From the NCBI GenBank assembly GCA_005116945.1, contig SWDH01000002.1, positions 44,621 to 68,620 on the forward strand: DNA of 24,000 nt. The letters are read 5' to 3'. Positions 16,005 through 24,000 of this stretch are shown piece after piece. The stretch comes from Nitrospira sp. GTDB taxonomy: Bacteria > Nitrospirota > Nitrospiria > Nitrospirales > Nitrospiraceae. The translations under genes were made by a program, and so were the position numbers. Each line of letters opens with the position of its first letter. The stretch's first letter is position 1. The notes under the pieces are model-generated. The model searched no databases. It saw nothing but the letters and a program-made list of their open reading frames with translations, and was not told where the DNA came from.

Positions 16005-17150
16005 ATGGGACGAGCGTGGTTGGGCCTTGCCCTCCTTGTCTGTACGATCTGTTCCACGGTATATGCCCAAGAGCCTCTGCCGCAGCCGCCAGAGGAACTT
16101 CCTGTCCCTCAACCTCCGATTACGAATGAACAGCCCCAGCCGGGTCCACGTGAACCTCAGCCGCTCGTCACTCCTGCATCACCGCAAGCTGCTCCCATCG
16201 GGGCCGAACCCGAGCGACCCAAGTCCCAAAAACCGATCGACCAACTGCTCCTCCAACGCGGCGCGATCTTGCTGCCCCCCGGATGGCTCCAAGTCGAACC
16301 GTCGTTCGATTATTTAAAGTTTTCTACCGATCGTCTGAATATCAACGGTCTCAGTCTCTTCGAAGCAATCGTCATCGGGGAAATCCGCGCGGACAAGGTG
16401 ACACGAGAGGTCGCCACAGCCGCGATCAATCTGCGCTACGGGCTGATGAATCGGCTCCAGATTGAGGCTCGCATACCCTATGTCTACCGGCACGATCGAG
16501 AGCTTCTCGCGGTCGGCACACAGAATGAAGCCGAGCGAAATGTCGACAATCAGGCGCTCGGCGATGTAGAAGGCTCTCTAGTCTGGCAGGCGTACCTTGG
16601 GAGCGACTCCTCACCAGCAGTGCTGCTTCGATTGCGGGGTCGGAGCCGGACCGGTAAGGATCCATTTACGATCCCGGTGGAGCAAATCCCTGTGCAAGGC
16701 GCCCAGGGCCAGGTACGCTCACAACTGACGGATGTGCCCACCGGCAACGGCTACTGGAGCGTCGCCCCTGGATTTACCATGGTGTGGCGAACCGACCCCG
16801 TCGTGCTCTTCGCAGGAGCCAACTACTCCATCAACCTCGAGCGTACGATCGGGGGACTGGGACGGTTGGAACCAGGGGATAATTGGGACATCTTCTTGGG
16901 GTTGAACTTCGCGGTGAGCGAGAAACTCGGCATCAACATGACGGCAGTTGACTCGAATTTTGCCACCACGCGAGTCAACGGGGTGAAGCAACCAAACACG
17001 GCGTTCAACAGCGGCGTCCTGTCGATAGGGACTTCGATTGTCCTCAGTTCAACGCGTACTCTACTCATCTCCGTCGGAAAAGGATTGACGGAAGAGTCGC
17101 CGGATTTTCAGTTCTCGATCAGCTTGCCGTTGACGTTTCATGTGTTTTAA
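16005..17150 (+). CDS. outer-membrane beta-barrel protein (FapF-like / MetA-pathway 'transporter' type) with Pro-rich N-terminal linker
   Basis: The best start is ATG 16005, which gives the signal MGRAWLGLALLVCTICSTVYAQ; the listed start at 15879 adds 42 non-signal residues. About 65 aa form a Pro/Gln-rich linker. Alternating amphipathic strands follow, and the C-terminus FSISLPLTFHVF ends in the aromatic residue typical of OM barrels. Confidence 0.75.
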   Translation: MGRAWLGLALLVCTICSTVYAQEPLPQPPEELPVPQPPITNEQPQPGPREPQPLVTPASPQAAPIGAEPERPKSQKPIDQLLLQRGAILLPPGWLQVEPSFDYLKFSTDRLNINGLSLFEAIVIGEIRADKVTREVATAAINLRYGLMNRLQIEARIPYVYRHDRELLAVGTQNEAERNVDNQALGDVEGSLVWQAYLGSDSSPAVLLRLRGRSRTGKDPFTIPVEQIPVQGAQGQVRSQLTDVPTGNGYWSVAPGFTMVWRTDPVVLFAGANYSINLERTIGGLGRLEPGDNWDIFLGLNFAVSEKLGINMTAVDSNFATTRVNGVKQPNTAFNSGVLSIGTSIVLSSTRTLLISVGKGLTEESPDFQFSISLPLTFHVF

Positions 17151-17185
17151 CGAGGGACGCCGGTTTAAAACCCGGTGAAACAGCC

Positions 17186-18223
17186 ATGAAGACCGTGACT
17201 GCGATCCGCGCGTTGCTGATGATCGCCCTTCTGTGTGTCACCGAATCGGTGCAGGGAGAAGAGTGGAAGCTGGTGAGATTCTCGTACAGCAGCGGCTGGG
17301 ATGCCTTGCCGGCCATCGTGGCAATCGAGCGAGGATTTTTTGCAAAGGAACAACTGGTTGTCAGCGGGTTGACCGCAACCTCGGCAGATGCCGTCGCAAA
17401 TTCGCTGGCTAATGGTTCGACGGATGTAGCGGTCCTGCCTCAACGGACGCTCTTGGCCCTGGCAGCGGTCCGGTTGCCGATGAGGATTGTGTCGATGAAC
17501 CATTGGGGGACCGAGATGGAGTTAGTGGTGCCGCCGGGGCAGGAGAAGGTGAAATCGCTCGCCGATTTAAAAGGCAGGACGATTGCCATCGGCAAAGCCT
17601 CGGAAGCCTACCCCGCCCTGATTCGCTTGCTGAACAAAGACAAATTGCGGCCAACGGACGTGATCATCAAGGATCTGCCGGTCGAGACGCTCACCCAGGT
17701 TTTTCGACAGAAGGACAGACTGGCCGACGCGGTCTTCGAGTCCAGACACTTTACCTCGGTGCTGCAGAAGACCAGCCAAGCGCGGGTGGTGCTTTCGGCG
17801 CACGATGTCACAGAGAAACTCGGCTATATCGGTGCCTCCCCGCTTGTCGTTCGGCAAGAGCTGATCGAGAAGGAGCCAAAAACCGTGCAGCAGTTTGTGA
17901 AGGGGTGGGTCAACGCTCTTCACTACATTCAACAGGACCCCGAAGATGCGGCCCGACTGCTCATGATTTTCTTTCACCGTCAAGGCGTCAACGCCGTGTC
18001 CGAAGAGATGACCAAGTCATGGGTGGCCATGACTCGCTATGACCGGTTCATCTGGACGACGACCGATATTACGGATGCGGAATACAACGGATGGGGCCTC
18101 AAGGAAGGCGGGCTGCTTAGCGCGGCCCCGAAACTCAACGAGCTTGTGGAAAACCGATTCGCTCGAGTGGCCGTGGACAGCATAGAAGTCTCTACCCGAG
18201 CAAAGGCCTCAGGGAAGCCGTAG
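17186..18223 (+). CDS. periplasmic substrate-binding protein, NMT1/THI5-SsuA/TauA-like (NitT/TauT family), orphan
   Basis: Signal: MKTVTAIRALLMIALLCVTESVQG. The fold-typical segments are GWDALPAIVAIERGFFAKEQL..., LKGRTIAIGKASEAY and GYIGASPLVVRQELIEKEPKTVQQFVKGW. No permease or ATPase gene is adjacent. Confidence 0.7.
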   Translation: MKTVTAIRALLMIALLCVTESVQGEEWKLVRFSYSSGWDALPAIVAIERGFFAKEQLVVSGLTATSADAVANSLANGSTDVAVLPQRTLLALAAVRLPMRIVSMNHWGTEMELVVPPGQEKVKSLADLKGRTIAIGKASEAYPALIRLLNKDKLRPTDVIIKDLPVETLTQVFRQKDRLADAVFESRHFTSVLQKTSQARVVLSAHDVTEKLGYIGASPLVVRQELIEKEPKTVQQFVKGWVNALHYIQQDPEDAARLLMIFFHRQGVNAVSEEMTKSWVAMTRYDRFIWTTTDITDAEYNGWGLKEGGLLSAAPKLNELVENRFARVAVDSIEVSTRAKASGKP

Positions 18224-18306
18224 GACTGACAGAAAGAGGACGCTCTCCGGTGCGAATCAGCTGGAGGGGGCACCGATGGAGCCGTCAGAGCTTCCGTTCT
18301 CATTCT

Positions 18307-20100
18307 ATGTACAACAACAGAATTCTTCCCTCTCGAGGACCTGCAGTCCTCCGTCTTGTCTTTGTCCTCGTTACCATCGCACTGGTCGGCTGCTCCGGCA
18401 GCCCGCAGCAGCGCTCGGGGAATCAACAGGCCTGCCTACCCGCGCATGATCGGCCTTCCTGTTTCTATGTGGAAGCTCTTGAGCAAAAAAATACGAAACT
18501 GATCATCTTCGTCCGTGGGGTCTTTGGGAGCGCAGCAACCACCTGGGGGAATCCGCGGAGGGAAGCGTTTTGGCCGGCGATGGTCGCGAAAGACCCGCAG
18601 TTTGCGGGCTACGACATTTACTTGATCAATTACCATACCCCTTACCTCGGAGAAGCTCCGGATGTGCATGAGACCGCTGGCAATGAGCTTGAACAGTTAT
18701 TGAGTCGGAAGATACTCGACAAGTATGACGAGATCTATTTTATCGCACATAGCATGGGTGGCCTTGTGACCAAGAGCCTGCTCACGCAGCTTAATCGAGG
18801 ACAAGATGTGGCTCTACTGCGTCGGGTCAAAGGGGTGGCGTATTTGTCCACACCGGCACAGGGAGCAGATGGTGCCGGCCTAGCCGCATGGTTAGCGCTC
18901 AATCCTCAGCTCGGGAACCTGGAGCGCGCACATCTCGGCACCTACATCGTACGTCTTGAGGATCAATGGATTCAGCTAATGGATAATCGAGACAAGGTCA
19001 AGGCCGAGTTTCCCCGAGTGTATTGTGCCTATGAAACGCGGAAGTCGGGCCCCGTATGGGTCGTGCCAAAAGAATTGGCGAGTTCGCGTTGTGATGGGCC
19101 GCTCTACCCCATGCCGTTTCATCATTTTGGAATGGCGAAACCCTCGCGGAGCGACGATGACCCGTATCGCTGGACCATGGGAAAAATCCTGGAGGCCGGA
19201 GTAAGCGAGGTAACGCGACGCAACGCTGCGGCGCTGTTGTGGTCGGCGGCAGCATCAGTCCATGCAGGAGACCAAGCTGCAGCACGTCGGGCCTACGATG
19301 AGTCCAGTGCGCTGTATGTGAAGCTGGGCGACCGGCAGGCACAGGCCAATGTGCTCCGCGGCTTGGGCGACTTGGAATCTTTACTCGGCCGCAATGAGGA
19401 AGCGCAGACCGCCTATACGGAGGCCCGCAGCCTCTACAGGGTTGTGGGGGATCGCCTGGGTGAAGCCAATGTACTCAACAGCCTAGGCCACTTGGAATCC
19501 AAGCTCGGCCGCATTGACGAGGCACGGACCGCCTACATGGAGGCCCGCAATCTGTATACAGCGATAAGAAGTCGCCTGGGTGAAGCCAATGTGCTCGTTG
19601 GCCTGGGGGACTTGGAGTCCCAGCTCGGCCGCACGGACGAGGCGCGGACCGCTTACACGGAGGCTCATAGCCTGTACAAGGCCGTGGGGAGTCGCCTGGG
19701 TGAAGCCAATGCGCTCGTCGGTCTAGGCCATTTGGAGTTCCAGCTCGGACGCAAGGACGAGGCGCGGACCGCCTACATGGAGGCCCACAATTTATTCAAG
19801 GCCGAGGGAGGTCGACTGGGTGAAGCCCATGTGCTTCGCGGCCTGGGCGACTTGGAGTTCCAGCTCGGCCGCACGGACAAGGCGCGAAACGCTTACACGG
19901 AGGCCCATAGCCTATACAAGGCCGTGGGGAGCCGCCTGGGTGAAGCTCATACACTTTTAAGCTCAGGACGGCTGGAGGCACTAATTAATCCGGAACTCGC
20001 GAGACAGCATTTCCACCAAGCTGCATCTATTTATGAGCAAATCGGTATGAACAAGTGGCGAGAGATCGCATTGAGTCACACCAAGGACCTCTCTCACTGA
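18307..20100 (+). CDS. lipoprotein: N-terminal alpha/beta-hydrolase (lipase/esterase-like, GxSxG) plus C-terminal 40-aa TPR-like repeat array
   Basis: The ATG at 18307 gives ...LVFVLVTIALVGCSG (lipobox). The nucleophile elbow is FIAHSMGGLV (Ser149). From about aa 325 there are six to seven 40-aa repeats of the type ARTAYTEAHSLYKAVGSRLGEANVLVGLGDLESQLGRTDE. Confidence 0.75.
   Translation: MYNNRILPSRGPAVLRLVFVLVTIALVGCSGSPQQRSGNQQACLPAHDRPSCFYVEALEQKNTKLIIFVRGVFGSAATTWGNPRREAFWPAMVAKDPQFAGYDIYLINYHTPYLGEAPDVHETAGNELEQLLSRKILDKYDEIYFIAHSMGGLVTKSLLTQLNRGQDVALLRRVKGVAYLSTPAQGADGAGLAAWLALNPQLGNLERAHLGTYIVRLEDQWIQLMDNRDKVKAEFPRVYCAYETRKSGPVWVVPKELASSRCDGPLYPMPFHHFGMAKPSRSDDDPYRWTMGKILEAGVSEVTRRNAAALLWSAAASVHAGDQAAARRAYDESSALYVKLGDRQAQANVLRGLGDLESLLGRNEEAQTAYTEARSLYRVVGDRLGEANVLNSLGHLESKLGRIDEARTAYMEARNLYTAIRSRLGEANVLVGLGDLESQLGRTDEARTAYTEAHSLYKAVGSRLGEANALVGLGHLEFQLGRKDEARTAYMEAHNLFKAEGGRLGEAHVLRGLGDLEFQLGRTDKARNAYTEAHSLYKAVGSRLGEAHTLLSSGRLEALINPELARQHFHQAASIYEQIGMNKWREIALSHTKDLSH
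19279..19977 (+). repeat. in-frame tandem 120-bp repeats (about six copies) encoding the TPR-like array
   Basis: Units such as ggtgaagccaatgtgctc...ggcctgggcgacttggagt[ct]ccagctcggccgcacggac[ga]aggcgcg[ga]accgc[ct]tacacggaggc recur every 120 nt, with long stretches of nucleotide identity. Confidence 0.8.
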
Positions 20101-20419
20101 CTATCTCAGGAAAATCGAATCGGTCAAGCAAAAGCCTTTGCAGGCAACCCACGCATTTTAAACCTACGGGGCAAAGTGATTCCCAAGCCAACACCTAGAT
20201 TTATCGCGGCTGGTAAGGTCCAAGTTAGATAGGAGCAATTGTGCGCATGTTGTGGCTATCTCCACCTCGAGGAAACCCATTCCTGCGTACCACAGCCAAA
20301 GTTGGACTAGGCTAATAGTGCTGGCGAGGCTCGAACTTTTCCTATGCTCCATTAAACGACAGCGCTCTCCGGGGAGACAAATCCGAGCGTGTCTGGGTTA
20401 GCAGCGGATGGTACAACAG

Positions 20420-21682
20420 TCACCCTGGCAGCGCCTGATACCAGCCGTTGGCTTGAGCCAATGATACCGGGCAATCGAATAACTGGCTGAGATTGGCTTC
20501 TGTGAGAAGAGATCGCTTCTCTCCATCTTGGAGAATTTTCCCTTGCTTCAAGAGCACCACACGCTCGACTTCCGGAGGGATCTCGTGAATGTGGTGCGTC
20601 ACCAGTAATAGGGTTTTTCCTTTCCGCATATGCGCCCGCACCAGGTCCAGGTAGTGAAACGTCGCCGTAAGGTCGAGTCCGCTGGTGGGTTCATCCAGCA
20701 CCAACACGCTCGGGTCATGCACCAGCGCACGGCCCAGCAAGCAGCGCCGTTGCTCGCCGGTCGACATCTCGGAGAATTTTCTGTCGATCAAGAACCCGAC
20801 ACCGAGTTCTTCCATCACGACACGGGCACGAGCAACCTGGGCATCGGTAAAATCTTGATGCCCGTAGATTCCAATGCTCGCATAGTAGCCTGACAACACG
20901 ACTTTCAATCCCGTCACATGTTCCATGTACTGATGCTGAAGGTCGTGCGACACCATGCCCAACCGTTTACGCACGTCCCAGACGTTCCACCACGCTTCGC
21001 CGAACACACCAATGGATGTCTCATCCTTGGGAAGCGAATGCACTTCACCGGACAGCATTTTAAGGATCGTCGACTTGCCTGCGCCATTGGGACCAAGGAT
21101 CGCCGTGTGAACCCCTGCTGTAAGCATGAAGGACAAGTCGACGAATACGCAGGCGTCACCCCGATACACTGTCGCGTTCTTGATGTCGAGGATTGGATAT
21201 GAACTAGTCGTAGAGACCGCCTGCGCGACGATCCCGCCGACAGCCTGACCAGCACGTCGAGACTGTTCAAGGCCGGCACGAGCCAGTGCATCCACACGTT
21301 CGTTATCCGGGTGGCCGGAGTGTCCCTTGACCCAGCGCCATTCAAGCGTGTGACCTGCAGCCAGGGCATCGAGGCGACGCCACAAATCCTCATTCTTGAC
21401 CGGCTCCTTCGTGGAAGTTCTCCAGCCTCGTTTCTTCCAGCTATGGATCCATTCGCTAATGCCTTTTTGCACATACTGCGAATCGGTGTAGACATGCGCT
21501 TCCACCGGCTCCGTAAGCGACTGCAAGGCCTCGATCACCGCAAGCAGCTCCATGCGGTTGTTCGTCGTCGCCGGCTCCCCACCGCACAGTTCCGTTTCGA
21601 CAATGCCGCTACGCAACAGAGCGCCCCAGCCACCTGGTCCGGGATTCCCACTGCAAGCACCATCTGTGTAAATCTCGATCAT
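20420..21682 (-). CDS. rnhA: RNase HI domain fused in one ORF to a soluble ABC-type ATPase domain
   Basis: aa 1 to about 142 are RNase HI: [22 protein letters not shown]...[15 protein letters not shown]...VYTDSQYV...[18 protein letters not shown]. After the linker [25 protein letters not shown] comes an ABC ATPase with Walker [10 protein letters not shown], signature MSTGEQRR, Walker [13 protein letters not shown] and H-loop LVTHH. No stop codon separates the two halves. The symbol applies to the N-terminal half only. Confidence 0.75.
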   Translation of the reverse strand: MIEIYTDGACSGNPGPGGWGALLRSGIVETELCGGEPATTNNRMELLAVIEALQSLTEPVEAHVYTDSQYVQKGISEWIHSWKKRGWRTSTKEPVKNEDLWRRLDALAAGHTLEWRWVKGHSGHPDNERVDALARAGLEQSRRAGQAVGGIVAQAVSTTSSYPILDIKNATVYRGDACVFVDLSFMLTAGVHTAILGPNGAGKSTILKMLSGEVHSLPKDETSIGVFGEAWWNVWDVRKRLGMVSHDLQHQYMEHVTGLKVVLSGYYASIGIYGHQDFTDAQVARARVVMEELGVGFLIDRKFSEMSTGEQRRCLLGRALVHDPSVLVLDEPTSGLDLTATFHYLDLVRAHMRKGKTLLLVTHHIHEIPPEVERVVLLKQGKILQDGEKRSLLTEANLSQLFDCPVSLAQANGWYQALPG

Positions 21683-21768
21683 TTATTCAGACTCCTCGTA
21701 AGGCATAACAGTGCCTCAATGTTGTCCCTGTTACCCTAGGAATAGGAAATATTTGTTTCACACCGAGA

Positions 21769-22932
21769 TTACGCTTCGGCGGGATCGGGATTTATTTTTG
21801 AGGCGGGCTTCTTTTTTTCAGATACAGCGGCCCGCTTCAGCGAGCCAGGAATCTTCGGAGTGGTCGTCGTGACATCAGCATTCTGTGCACGGTGAAGCAA
21901 GGCATGGTCCATGAGCACCAGCGCCATCATGGCTTCGGCAATCGGCGTCGCTCTGATGCCGACGCAGGGATCGTGGCGTCCATTGGTTTCGACAGTGACC
22001 GGCTTCCCTTGCTTGTCAATCGAGCGACGTGGAACTCGAATGCTCGACGTCGGCTTTATGCCAATCGTAACGATGATGTCTTGCCCGGTTGAGATCCCAC
22101 CGAGAATGCCTCCGGCATGATTCGTCACAAAGCCATCTGGAGTCAGCTCATCCCCATGCTCTGATCCACGCTGCATCACCGAACTGAAACCCGATCCGAT
22201 CTCGACGGCCTTCACCGCATTGATGCTCATCATAGCCCCGGCCAGATCCGCATCGAGCTTTGCATAGACCGGCCCACCCCATCCCACCGGCACTGACTCA
22301 GCCACTGTTATAATCCTCGCCCCGACCGAATCACCTATTTTACGTAGCTCATCCATGAACGATTCAAGTTTTGGCACAACCTCGGGGTTCGCGGAAAAGA
22401 ACGGATTCTTACTGACCTCAGCCCAACTCTTAAACGGCGCGTCCACGTGGCCAAGCTGACTGAGATAGCCACGAATCACGACGCCATACTGTTCATGAAG
22501 CCATTTCTTCGCGATCGCTGCGGCAGCCACTCGCACCGCTGTTTCACGGGCTGAGGCGCGCCCACCACCGCGATAGTCGCGAATCCCATATTTCTGCCAA
22601 TAGGTGTAGTCCGCGTGACCGGGCCGAAACGTATCGATCAGATTGCCGTAATCCCTACTGCGAGCGTCTTCGTTTCGAATGAGCAACGCGATAGGTGTGC
22701 CGGTGGTCTTGCCTTCGAAGACACCGGAAAGGATTTCGACCGTATCGGATTCCTGCCGTTGCGTGACGTGGCGTGAGGTGCCTGGCTTGCGTCGATCGAG
22801 ATCCTGCTGGATATCCTCGACGGAAAGAGCCAGACCTGGTGGACAGCCATCTACCACACAACCAATCGCAGGCCCATGGCTCTCCCCGAACGACGTGACG
22901 GTAAAAATGTGACCGAACGAATTGCCTGCCAT
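21769..22932 (-). CDS. aroC: chorismate synthase
   Basis: From the ATG at 22932 the protein reads [34 protein letters not shown]...RKPGTSR..TQR.E.D.VEILSGV...[17 protein letters not shown]...[15 protein letters not shown], the canonical AroC sequence. It has a Lys/Pro-rich C-terminal tail. The listed start at 22995 adds 21 non-conserved residues. Confidence 0.9.
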   Translation of the reverse strand: MAGNSFGHIFTVTSFGESHGPAIGCVVDGCPPGLALSVEDIQQDLDRRKPGTSRHVTQRQESDTVEILSGVFEGKTTGTPIALLIRNEDARSRDYGNLIDTFRPGHADYTYWQKYGIRDYRGGGRASARETAVRVAAAAIAKKWLHEQYGVVIRGYLSQLGHVDAPFKSWAEVSKNPFFSANPEVVPKLESFMDELRKIGDSVGARIITVAESVPVGWGGPVYAKLDADLAGAMMSINAVKAVEIGSGFSSVMQRGSEHGDELTPDGFVTNHAGGILGGISTGQDIIVTIGIKPTSSIRVPRRSIDKQGKPVTVETNGRHDPCVGIRATPIAEAMMALVLMDHALLHRAQNADVTTTTPKIPGSLKRAAVSEKKKPASKINPDPAEA

Positions 22933-23076
22933 GTGGCGGAGTCTCCCTATCGCAGGATGTTCAAAAAGGCCGTCCAGCGAGGCCGCAGCGAGCAAAGACC
23001 GGAAGCGTACCCTCTGGGGTACGTTGAGGATCTAAGCGATGCGAGAACAAAGCTGGCGGACCTTTTCAGCATCCTG

Positions 23077-24000
23077 CTACTCGACAAGATCCAGCTTGAT
23101 ATGCAGCTCTTTTAGCTGATCGGCGCTGACGGTAGACGGCGCATCGGTCAACGGACATTGTGCCCGTTGCGTTTTGGGGAACGCGATCACGTCACGGATC
23201 GACTCAGTATTCCCCAGTAACATAATAAGCCGGTCGAGCCCGAACGCAATGCCACCGTGCGGAGGCGCCCCATAGTCGAGCGCGTCGAGCAAGAACCCGA
23301 ACTTCGCCTGTGCTTGCTCCTTGTTGATGCCGAGCAGATCGAGAATCCGTAGCTGAATCTCGCTCCGATGGTTGCGGATACTCCCGCCGCCGATCTCGCT
23401 TCCATTCAACACCATATCGTAAGCCTTTGCCCGAACTTTGAGCGGTTCAGAGTCCAGGAAGGTCACATCCTCGTCCATCGGTGCGGCAAAGGGATTGTGC
23501 ATGAAGATGTAGCGTTTTTCTTCTGGCGAATAGTCCAGCAGAGGAAACTCAATAACCCACAGAGGCTTCCAGGCAGTCGTGTCGATCAGCTTCAGTTCTT
23601 CACCCAACAAGAGTCTGATGCGGCCCAGTACATCATGAACAATCGCAGCCTTGTCGGCACCGAAGAGAACGAGATCGGCCGGCTTTGCCTCGGGAAGCGC
23701 CGATGCGAAGGCTTTGGCATCCAGGAACTTGGCGATCACGGACTCCAGTTGCCCCTCTGGAGTGATTTTCAGCCAAGCCAGCCCTTTCGCACCGAAACTC
23801 TTGGCCATTTCACCCAGCGCATCGATCCGGCTTCGCGGCGTGGCCGCTCCGCCCTTCACAATCAGCGCCTTCACGATCCCGCCCTTGGTTGCCGCCTCCT
23901 TGAACACCTTGAACTCGCTGGCGGCTGCAAATGCGGTAACGTCATGCAGCGGCATATCGAAGCGTAGATCGGGCTTGTCCGATCCGTAACGGCCCACTGC
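23077..24000 (-). CDS. aspS: aspartate--tRNA ligase, C-terminal part (5' end beyond the right edge)
   Basis: The frame is open to the window edge. [12 protein letters not shown], the GAD insertion-domain region, FPLL...HNPFT-type HNPFAAP, class II motif 3 GGSIR...[15 protein letters not shown], and FPKTQ are all present. The stop is at 23077. Confidence 0.9.
   Translation of the reverse strand, partial: AVGRYGSDKPDLRFDMPLHDVTAFAAASEFKVFKEAATKGGIVKALIVKGGAATPRSRIDALGEMAKSFGAKGLAWLKITPEGQLESVIAKFLDAKAFASALPEAKPADLVLFGADKAAIVHDVLGRIRLLLGEELKLIDTTAWKPLWVIEFPLLDYSPEEKRYIFMHNPFAAPMDEDVTFLDSEPLKVRAKAYDMVLNGSEIGGGSIRNHRSEIQLRILDLLGINKEQAQAKFGFLLDALDYGAPPHGGIAFGLDRLIMLLGNTESIRDVIAFPKTQRAQCPLTDAPSTVSADQLKELHIKLDLVE

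Noticed and set aside
19279-19977. Regular 120-bp DNA repeats as a possible CRISPR or other non-coding array
   Set aside because: The repeats are contiguous with no unique spacers, lie in frame inside a long ORF, and translate to a coherent 40-aa TPR-like unit.
20301-20335. tRNA-like 3' fragment on the minus strand (GTTCGAGCCTCGCCAGCACTA) as a possible integration-site scar
   Set aside because: It has a T-loop-like TTCGAGC, but the flanking bases cannot form a T-stem or acceptor stem, and there is no cloverleaf or CCA context. No integrase or second repeat copy is present in the window. It is probably chance similarity.

Overview
This is a 24-kb chromosomal window from a diderm bacterium, shown by OmpA, Slp, lipoboxes and outer-membrane barrels. 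It looks moderately GC-rich by eye (not computed), and I cannot fix the taxon from sequence alone. Left part (1-8.6 kb): an unlisted partial lipoprotein gene on the minus strand, rluE, an Slp-family lipoprotein, a coiled-coil OmpA-domain lipoprotein, a DUF2959 lipoprotein, ypfJ, a FUN14-like membrane protein, and a 911-aa beta-propeller/di-heme cytochrome c peroxidase-like fusion. Centre (8.6-17.2 kb, the interesting part): two long non-coding tracts of about 0.86 and 1.0 kb flank an orphan sigma-54 enhancer-binding response regulator. A consensus -24/-12 promoter and a phased GAATC/GATTC array lie upstream of that regulator. A six-gene, all-secreted operon follows: three paralogous Asn/Gln/Gly repeat proteins, a periplasmic stand-alone C39 peptidase, a small secreted protein with a double-glycine-leader-like motif, and an outer-membrane beta-barrel. 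I read this as a divergent Fap-type (fapB/C-D-E-F-like) functional-amyloid secretion system. Right part (17.2-24 kb): an orphan NMT1/TauA-like binding protein, an alpha/beta-hydrolase lipoprotein with near-identical 120-bp TPR-like tandem repeats, an RNase HI-ABC ATPase fusion ORF, aroC, and the 3' part of aspS. I saw no rRNA, convincing tRNA, CRISPR array, transposase or integrase.
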